Source: Acholeplasma laidlawii PG-8A
GTDB taxonomy: Bacteria > Bacillota_I > Bacilli_A > Acholeplasmatales > Acholeplasmataceae
Direction: 5' to 3'
Length of the DNA stretch: 32,000 nt
Assembly: GCF_000018785.1 (NCBI RefSeq)
Contig: NC_010163.1
Location: forward strand, 540,001-572,000
Shown here: positions 1 through 7,600 of the stretch, piece by piece
Layout: every line of letters begins with the position of its first letter
Position numbering within the stretch: the first letter of the stretch is position 1
Program-made: the position numbers and the translations under genes
Notes under the pieces: model-generated
The model's input: the letters and a program-made list of their open reading frames with translations, nothing else
Databases searched by the model: none
What the model was told of the DNA's origin: nothing

Positions 1-261
1 CTTTTTTTGTTTTTACCTAAACTCAAAACCACAGTTAGGACACTCATAGAAACTGTAGCCTAATTTAGGTGTTTAACATTTAAGCATCCGGTTTACATTT
101 AAATGAACTGTATCTCTGATATTTAAATGCGGATGAGCCATTAAAAAATCTTCCCAGTAATCCTTAAAGATATCTTTGATGGTATACCCTTTAGTTCGAA
201 CATTTAGGTTACAATGCTTCATATATTCATTAACCAGAGCACTGTCTGAAACTAATCCCAT
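1..261 (-). pseudogene. Relic N-terminus of an IS91-family transposase (Zn-binding domain), broken by in-frame stops and truncated
   Basis: ORF 73-261 ends ...IFKDYWEDFLMAHPHLNIRDTVHLNVNRMLKC then TAA (73-75). The same frame continues TPKLGYSFYECPNCGFEFR to a second TAA (13-15). Joined, this fits the IS91 Zn-binding pattern (C-x-T-x2-LG-x5-C-x2-CG). No catalytic part of a transposase follows. Confidence 0.55.
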
Positions 262-283
262 AACATCACCCTACCCTAATTAT

Positions 284-313
284 AAAACAAAACCCGCTAA
301 GCTAAGCAGGTTT
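284..313 (-). terminator. Intrinsic terminator downstream of the MFS gene
   Basis: On the minus strand, AAACCUGCU (313-305) pairs with AGCGGGUUU (298-290) as a 9-bp stem with one G.U. The loop is 6 nt and UUUUGUUUU follows. Confidence 0.6.
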
Positions 314-335
314 TAATAAAAGGGGACGAAGTCAC

Positions 336-1523
336 CTATTTGTTCTGATGTGCCAGTTTAATTTTGATGAATAAAATGTACAGTATAGATGCTATAGAAA
401 TACACATAATAGGTATAAAAATAACACCCAAACTTACCGAAGAATCTATTAATATACTAGTGTATAAATTACCAATAACAGCAGCTAATCCATAACTTAA
501 ATACATATACCCATAAGTTCTATTAAAGTTATTCTTACCAAAAAGATCTTTGGTAATAATTGGCATTAAAGCTAACCATCCACCCACTGTACCCCAACTA
601 AGTGTAATTGTTAAGATAAATAACCATAGACTCGAAGGATTTAAAAAGATATAGGTCGTTGAAACGAATAAAGTGATCAGTGATATAAGTATCACTGATA
701 TTTTTAGTTTAAACTTGTCATAAATAAATCCAAATAGGGGTCTAAATAAACCGTTTGCAAGTGCGAATAAACTCATATAGATAGTAATGGTAGTAATATC
801 TAAATTATAGTAATCTGTACCAATATAAACGGTTAATCCAATCATAGATAAACCAAACATAATACCTAAAGTAAACAAGATGAAAAATATCGTAAAAGTA
901 TATTTTGAGGCGTGAACTTTTTCTTTCTTATTTTTGACATAGAGTTTTGATAAATCCAATTTTCTTATAAGTAACCATACAAAGATGGATAGAAGTATGG
1001 TAGATGCAATGCCAAAATATAGTAAAGTATTTTGAAACCCAACAGCATTAAAACTTGACTGTAAAACAGGTGCAACAATTACAGTGGATAAGCCGAAACC
1101 TGCAATTGTTAAACCCACTGCAAGACCTTGATTTTTCTCATAGACTGTTTGAATGATCTGTACAGGGATACCATAGAGTATTCCAACCCCAGTCCCTATG
1201 AAAACACCATGACCTAAAGTAAATATGAGGTAATTGGTTGCATAAGCGGCAATCATATAACCAATACCAATCGATAAAATACCGAGGATTGCCCATTTAT
1301 AAAAATTGGATTTTTTCATAAATCTACCGCTTAACATCACCATAAAGGCAAATACTGCAAGTGATGTTAAATAAGGTATAGAACTTTCGGTATGTGTTAA
1401 TCCAAGTTCATTTTCTATCTGTAATCTAATAACGCTATAGGCATAAACTACACCTATGATGAGTTCAATAATAATCCCACTAATTAATACGGTGAGTTGT
1501 TGTTTTTTGTTTAAGGACTGCAT
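336..1523 (-). CDS. MFS transporter, oxalate/formate antiporter (OFA)-like
   Basis: 395 aa, about 12 hydrophobic segments. The N-terminus ...LISGIIIELIIGVVYAYSVI... is typical of OFA-type MFS proteins. The SD is weak. Confidence 0.7.
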   Translation of the reverse strand: MQSLNKKQQLTVLISGIIIELIIGVVYAYSVIRLQIENELGLTHTESSIPYLTSLAVFAFMVMLSGRFMKKSNFYKWAILGILSIGIGYMIAAYATNYLIFTLGHGVFIGTGVGILYGIPVQIIQTVYEKNQGLAVGLTIAGFGLSTVIVAPVLQSSFNAVGFQNTLLYFGIASTILLSIFVWLLIRKLDLSKLYVKNKKEKVHASKYTFTIFFILFTLGIMFGLSMIGLTVYIGTDYYNLDITTITIYMSLFALANGLFRPLFGFIYDKFKLKISVILISLITLFVSTTYIFLNPSSLWLFILTITLSWGTVGGWLALMPIITKDLFGKNNFNRTYGYMYLSYGLAAVIGNLYTSILIDSSVSLGVIFIPIMCISIASILYILFIKIKLAHQNK

Positions 1524-1671
1524 AAATTATGTCAACTTTTCATCATGATAGATTTCGCTTATAAAAAGCGATAAGATAAGCATACCAAATTTAAATAGAT
1601 AAAATCAACAAATATGATTTGAATATCAAACAATATATAGGTGATTGATAATAACCTAAGAATGAATTTCA

Positions 1672-1700
1672 TTGATAAAACCGGTACCATAAGGTATAAT
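1672..1700 (+). promoter_or_regulatory. Sigma-70 type promoter of glgA-glgC
   Basis: TTGATA (1672-1677), a 17-nt spacer, then TATAAT (1695-1700), about 45 nt upstream of the glgA ATG. Confidence 0.6.
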
Positions 1701-1745
1701 TTAATTAAATAGAGATAAGTATCTATAAGAAAGGAATTCTCCTTT

Positions 1746-3182
1746 ATGAAAATTTTGTTTTGTAGTTCAGAGGCTTTCCCTTTTAGTAAAACTGGTGGAT
1801 TAGCTGATATGGCTTATTTTTTGCCTAAATCTATTAATGTATTAGGGCATGAAATTGTTGTAATCACACCTTACTATGAAGGCATAAAAAAACACCATGA
1901 AACTATGACTTATCTTGGAACCAAGACAATTTACATGGGACACGGGGAAGTTGTAGTTAATTACTATAAATTAGTATATGAGAGTATCACCTATATATTT
2001 GTTCAAAATATGCACTATTTTGAAAGAGAAGGATTATATGGTTACCATGATGATGCTGAAAGATTTGCGGCATTTAGTTATGCTATTTTAGAAAGTCTAG
2101 ATATCATAGAGTTTTATCCAGATATCTTGCATATTAATGACTGGCAGACATCTATGATTCCATATCTATTAGACAAACACTACAGACATCAAAGTTTTAA
2201 CTATTTTAGAATACATACATTGCTAACGATACACAATTTACAATATCAAGGGGATTTTGATAAAGATGTAGCCAAATTCTTTAACACAGATTTTGATTAC
2301 ACCTATATTCATTTTGATCGTGTCAATTACCTTAAAGCGGGTATTGAACGTGCAACTAAAATAAATACAGTATCACCAACATATAGTAAAGAAGTGATGA
2401 CCAGGGAATATGGATTTAGTTTAGATGGTTCGCTTCAAAATAGAATAAATGATTTTTCAGGTATTTTAAATGGGATTGATGATCAAAATACTTTTAATCC
2501 AAAGACAGATAAATACCTAATTAAAACCTATAGTGTAAGTAATCATAAATCTGGTAAGAACCTAAATAAACAATTTTTACTAGAACATTTTGGTTTGGAT
2601 AAAAACCTAGATGAACCACTCATTGCCTATGTAGGCAGACTTGCTGATCAAAAAGGACTTGGACTTATGGAATACTGTTTAGAAGAAGTTATCCAATACA
2701 GTAATGCTAAGTTCATCTTAATGGGTTCAGGTGATAAAGCATATGAGGACTACTTTAGATACTTAACTTATAAATATCCAAATAAAGTCGGTAATTACAT
2801 TGGGTTTAATGAAAAAATAGCACACATTATCTATGGGGCTAGTGACATCTTTATGATGCCATCAAGATTTGAACCATGTGGTTTAGGTCAAATGATAGCA
2901 ATGAAATATGGCTCTCTACCAATTGTTAGAGAAACCGGTGGATTAAAGGATAGTGTCATACCGTATAACAAATACACACAAGAAGGTACAGGCTTTAGTT
3001 TTAAGAATTATGATTCTTATGATTTGAAAGAAAAGTTATTTGAAGCAATAAATCTTTATAATGAAGATAAAAAAACATGGCAGATTTTAGTCAAACAAGC
3101 AATGAAAAGTGATTTTGGTTTAAATCAAATGGCTAGAGCATATGAAGAATTATACAAAAACATAATAGGGGAGAAAATATAA
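1746..3182 (+). CDS. glgA: Glycogen (starch) synthase, ADP-glucose type (GT5)
   Basis: 478 aa. N-terminus MKILFCSSEAFPFSKTGGLADM carries the KTGGL motif; C-terminal SRFEPCGLGQM and ETGGLKD motifs are present. Confidence 0.93.
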   Translation: MKILFCSSEAFPFSKTGGLADMAYFLPKSINVLGHEIVVITPYYEGIKKHHETMTYLGTKTIYMGHGEVVVNYYKLVYESITYIFVQNMHYFEREGLYGYHDDAERFAAFSYAILESLDIIEFYPDILHINDWQTSMIPYLLDKHYRHQSFNYFRIHTLLTIHNLQYQGDFDKDVAKFFNTDFDYTYIHFDRVNYLKAGIERATKINTVSPTYSKEVMTREYGFSLDGSLQNRINDFSGILNGIDDQNTFNPKTDKYLIKTYSVSNHKSGKNLNKQFLLEHFGLDKNLDEPLIAYVGRLADQKGLGLMEYCLEEVIQYSNAKFILMGSGDKAYEDYFRYLTYKYPNKVGNYIGFNEKIAHIIYGASDIFMMPSRFEPCGLGQMIAMKYGSLPIVRETGGLKDSVIPYNKYTQEGTGFSFKNYDSYDLKEKLFEAINLYNEDKKTWQILVKQAMKSDFGLNQMARAYEELYKNIIGEKI

Positions 3183-4408
3183 TGGAAACACTAGCACTCA
3201 TACTAGCTGGCGGTAAAGGTACCAGGTTAGATGTCCTATCAGAAAAAAGAAGTAAACCGGCAATGCCTTTTGCAGGAAAATTTAGAATTATTGATTTTAC
3301 GTTATCAAATTGTGTACAATCAGGTATTTATGATATCGCAATCTTAACTCAATATTTACCATTATCGCTTAATAAACACATCGGTAGTGGAAAACCTTGG
3401 GACTTAGATAGAAGAGATTCATCTGTAACACTTTTACAACCTCACACCAATTGGTATATGGGTACAGCGGATGCTGTATTAAAAAACTTAGAATACTTAG
3501 CAAGAAAAAATCCAAAGTATGTACTTATTTTATCTGGTGATCATATCTATAAAATGGATTATAGAAAAATGATTCAAACCCATAAAGAAAAAGGTGCACT
3601 ACTTACAATCGCAACTCAAAGAGTCAAACCAGAAGAAGTATCTAGATTTGGTATCATGTCAATTAATTCAAATAACGAGATTATTGAATTTGAAGAAAAA
3701 CCAAAAGTATCCGATTCAAATCTAGCTTCTATGGGTATTTATCTATTTGACTTTAAACTACTTAAGAAAGTACTTGAAGAAACGATAGCAGAAAACCTAG
3801 ATTTTGGTAAACACGTCATTCCTAAGTTGATTAAAACAACTCAAGCAAGCGTATATGCACATGAATTTAATGATTACTGGATGGATGTAGGTACATTAGA
3901 TGCTTATTTAGATGCCAATTTAGCGATGGCACAAACTTACACTGAGCTTGATTTATACGATCCAACTTGGAAAGTATATACAAAAAGCGAGGATCTGCCA
4001 CCAGTTAAAGCCGGCAGTAAAGCAATCATTCAAGATAGCTTAGTGTCAAATGGTTGTATCATCGAAGGTACTGTCATCAATTCAGTATTAAGCCCAGGGG
4101 TACGTGTTGGTAAGGGAAGTATTGTTAAAGACAGTGTGATCCTAAATGATACAATCATCGGTAACGATGTAAAAATTACTCAATCAATTATTGATAAAGA
4201 AGTCATCATTGGTGGACATACTGAAATTGGTTTTGTTGATGATATGACACCGAATAAAGAAAAACCAGATGTTTTACATACAGGTATTACAGTGGTTGAA
4301 AAGCAATCTATCATTCCAGGAAATATGAAAATAGGTAAAAACGTACGTATTTTCAAAACTGCCACATTTGATAGGAAAGTCATTGAATCTGGTGAAACTA
4401 TAAGATAA
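3182..4408 (+). CDS. glgC: Glucose-1-phosphate adenylyltransferase
   Basis: 408 aa. LILAGGKGTRL...KPAMPFAGKFRIIDFTLSNC motif, C-terminal left-handed beta-helix repeats, and a start that overlaps the glgA stop (TAATG). Confidence 0.92.
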   Translation: METLALILAGGKGTRLDVLSEKRSKPAMPFAGKFRIIDFTLSNCVQSGIYDIAILTQYLPLSLNKHIGSGKPWDLDRRDSSVTLLQPHTNWYMGTADAVLKNLEYLARKNPKYVLILSGDHIYKMDYRKMIQTHKEKGALLTIATQRVKPEEVSRFGIMSINSNNEIIEFEEKPKVSDSNLASMGIYLFDFKLLKKVLEETIAENLDFGKHVIPKLIKTTQASVYAHEFNDYWMDVGTLDAYLDANLAMAQTYTELDLYDPTWKVYTKSEDLPPVKAGSKAIIQDSLVSNGCIIEGTVINSVLSPGVRVGKGSIVKDSVILNDTIIGNDVKITQSIIDKEVIIGGHTEIGFVDDMTPNKEKPDVLHTGITVVEKQSIIPGNMKIGKNVRIFKTATFDRKVIESGETIR

Positions 4409-4422
4409 TCTTTCATAAAAAT

Positions 4423-4464
4423 CTAGTCAGTGTAATATTTATTATACAACTGACTAGTTTTTTT
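4423..4464 (+). terminator. Intrinsic terminator after glgC
   Basis: CTAGTCAGT (4423-4431) pairs perfectly with ACTGACTAG (4449-4457); a T7 run follows at 4458-4464. Confidence 0.8.
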
Positions 4465-4473
4465 ATGTATAAT

Positions 4474-4545
4474 ACCAAAACTTTGAACCACAAAATATTT
4501 TCACAAAACTTTCAATATTTTCACAAAACTTTCAATATTTTCAAC
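4474..4545. repeat. Tandem 20-bp direct repeats upstream of the giant lipoprotein gene
   Basis: TCACAAAACTTTCAATATTT occurs twice perfectly (4501-4520, 4521-4540). Degenerate or truncated copies flank it (ACCAAAACTTTGAA at 4474-4487, CACAAAATATTT at 4489-4500, TCAAC at 4541-4545). Confidence 0.9.
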
Positions 4546-4589
4546 TAAGTGAAAAAAATATACAGAGTGATGAATAATACAGTAAAGCG

Positions 4590-4619
4590 TTTTCATAATC
4601 CTTGTGATTATAATATAAT
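4590..4619 (+). promoter_or_regulatory. Candidate promoter of the lipoprotein gene
   Basis: Overlapping TATAAT boxes at 4609-4614 and 4614-4619; a weak -35 TTTTCA at 4590-4595 (18-nt spacer to the second box). GGAGG RBS at 4656-4660. Confidence 0.35.
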
Positions 4620-4664
4620 GACCTTAGTAGGCGCGATTTACGTCAAAAAAAAATTGGAGGATAT

Positions 4665-7600
4665 ATGAAAAGAAGATTATTAGTTTTATTCATGGTAATT
4701 TTATCTTTTATCTTGGTTTCTTGTACAGAAATTGATGAAGCAAGTTTTAGTTTCAAAGATTCTGAAGTAACCATAAAAGTGGGTGATTCATACACATTAG
4801 ATCATGAAATAACCCAAGGACTTGAAGTCGAATATACAATGTCTGCAGAAGGCATTATTTCTATTTCAGGTCAAACAGTTACAGCACTTGCGGTAGGGGA
4901 AGTAGATGTTACTGCAACTGTTGTTGGTAAAGATTTAAGTGACACTATTAAAATTATAGTTGAAGCAAAAGAAGATCCTGTAGTAGCGGTTCAATCCGTG
5001 GCTATTGCTGGTGATAATGCTGGGTTAGTAGGAGAAGCAATTACATTAACAGCAACAGTATTACCACAAAATGCAACCAATAAGGAAGTTACTTGGACAA
5101 CATCAGATGCAGAACTTGCTACCGTAGAAAATGGTGTGGTCACATTACTTAAAGCTGGTGTGGTTACAATCACAGCAACATCAGGTGAAAAATCAGATAC
5201 ACATGAAATTACGATTTCTGATGTAGTAGTTGATGTTGAATCAGTTACTATTGAAGGTCTTAGTGATGGTGTAGAAGGATCAACGATTACACTAACTGTT
5301 AGTGTACTACCTGTAGATGCAACCGATAAAACTGTAACTTGGACAACTTCAAATGCAGAACTTGCAACTGTAGCAAATGGTGTTGTAACACTTCTTAAAG
5401 AAGGTGTTGTAACGATTACTGCAACATCAGGTGAACAATCAGATACACATGAAATTACAATTAATGCACTCGTTGTTAATGTAGATTCTGTAAGTGTTGA
5501 AGGTTTAAATGAAGGCGTTGTTGATGGAGAAATCACATTAACAGCAACAGTATTACCTCAAAATGCAACCAATAAGGAAGTTACTTGGACAACATCAGAT
5601 GCAGAACTAGCAACTGTAGTAAATGGTGTTGTAACACTTCTAAAAGAAGGTGTTGTAACAATTACTGCAACAGCAGATGGTAAAACAGATTCATTTGAAA
5701 TCACTATCGGACCAAAACCAATTGAACTGGAATCTATTGAAATTACTGGTTCAAGTGCAGGATTCATTGGTGATACAATTAACTTAACTGTGACAGCTTC
5801 ACCAGAAGGTGCTCAACTACCAGTCGTTATATGGTCAGTAAATATTAGTGCTTATGCAACTGTAGAAAATGGCGTAGTTACATTACATCGTCAAGGTACT
5901 GTTTTAGTCACAGCAACCGTTAACGGAATAAGTGCAACACATGAAATTACAGTTCAAAAGGTAGCTGCACAAATAGGTAGCGTAAATTATGGAACTATCC
6001 AAGATGCGATTACTGCAGCAAGTGATTCAGATACTATCGTAATCTTTGGTGGTACACACAATGAAGTTCTAAACATTACTAAATCAAATTTAAACTTCGT
6101 ACCAAAAGAAAATGAGCAAGTTATTCTAACAAATGTTATTAATTTAACAGGAAATCTAGAAAACATATCATTTACAAACTTAGAATTTACTTTAGATGCT
6201 CAAATCAAGAGTACAGGTACTTTAAAAGGATTTACATTCAAAAATAACTTAGTTTATGATACCAATTTAGCAGGTACTACATACGCACCTATTAGCCGCA
6301 TCAATGTCAACGCATTTATTCAATTTTACCGTTTAGCTGGTACAAACCTATTTGGTGATATCCATATAGAAGATAACGTATTTACAAATATCAAATCTGA
6401 TATTATTTCACTAGATCGTACGATGGTAAATGCTGAAATCAATATTAAGTACAATGAATTTAGAAACTTTGAAATCAGTGCGATTCGTTTCGATGGTGGA
6501 TATAATAATGGTACTTATAATATCACAAACAACCTCTTTGAAAATGATGAATTAGGTGCTTATTCAGCAATCACATTTAGAGCTTATGCACCTGAAAGTG
6601 GTAATGTCCAAAATATCTATATCGACGATAATACCTTTGTAAACATCGGTACATTGTCAAAAAATCGTGATGGCGATCAACCAGGCTCTGGTGTCATTAC
6701 ATTCTCTACATTTAATTCAAATGATACAAACGTATTTGTAAGAAATAATGAGTTTACACATACATTTAATAGTATCCACTTAAGAGGGGCATTAACCAAA
6801 TGGTCAGCTACTATAAGTGGTAATACATTTACAGATAGTTTAGGTTACATCTATTTTGATACAACTAAACTTGCAGTATTTGAAACAAATGAGTTTGTGG
6901 ATGCTTTAGGTGAAGCGGTAGACCCTACAAGAGTATTAGAAGTCATAGATCCAGCTTATAAACTTGTTAGAATTGCAGAACCAGTCCTAGAAAGTTTTGA
7001 AATATCTGGTTTTAACGCTGGACAAGTCAGTGAAGAATTATCACTTACATTAGTAGCGACACCACCATATTTTGTATTCTCAGATGTTGTTTGGACATCC
7101 TCTGATGAAGAAGTAGCAACCGTAGTAGATGGTGTTGTCACACTTCTACAAGAAGGTGTTGTGACAATCACTGCAACGTATGGTGAAATGATTGAAACTA
7201 TTGAAATTACTGTTACAGCTAAAATGGCGGCTTATTTAAATGAAGTAGGCTATGTAACCATTCAAGAAGCAATTACTGCAGCAGTAAGTGGTGATACCAT
7301 TGAAGTGAATAAGGGTGAGTTTTCTGAAAACCTAAACATTGATAAACCATTGACACTTTTAGGTTTTGATGGACACCTAACAACATTAACTGGTAAGGTC
7401 ACAATTGCTAAGAATATTGAAAATGTAACAATTGAAGGCTTTAACATGACTGGTAACTTCCAAGTTATAAGTACCGGCACATTAAAAGGATTCTCATTTA
7501 GACATAATCATGTCTTTGATACCAACCTTATAGCAACTGGATACGCTCCAAATGCTAGAACTAATGTCAATGCAATCATCCAATTCTATGCTGGTGCAGG

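Noticed and set aside
73-261. 62-aa ORF treated as an intact small gene
   Set aside because: Homology to the IS91 Zn-binding domain reads through its stop codon, so it is a pseudogene fragment rather than a functional small protein.
1553-1570. Hairpin TCGCTT-ATAAAA-AAGCGA in the MFS/glgA divergent intergenic region as a riboswitch or terminator
   Set aside because: The stem is short (6 bp), has no adjacent U-run on either strand, and no recognisable riboswitch consensus. Evidence is insufficient.
4180-4416. 78-aa minus-strand ORF overlapping the 3' end of glgC
   Set aside because: It lies entirely antisense to a well-supported glgC and has no RBS or homology features.
4501-4540. 20-bp tandem repeat as a possible CRISPR array
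   Set aside because: The copies are directly adjacent with no spacers, there are only about 2.6 of them, and there is no palindromic repeat structure or nearby cas gene.
4645-4653. A9 homopolymer just upstream of the lipoprotein RBS as a phase-variation switch
   Set aside because: It lies downstream of the candidate -10 boxes, in the 5' UTR, rather than in the promoter spacer or coding region. Length changes would therefore neither shift promoter geometry nor shift the reading frame. A9 tracts are also common in DNA this AT-rich. It is worth a glance in population data only.
4991-5536. 181-aa antisense ORF, together with 5558-5767, 6956-7171, 7262-7480 and 9923-10306 on the minus strand inside the lipoprotein gene
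   Set aside because: These are shadow ORFs. Their S/T/V/P-rich translations simply mirror the repetitive Big_2 and beta-helix codons of the strongly supported plus-strand gene. They have no RBS and no recognisable motifs.
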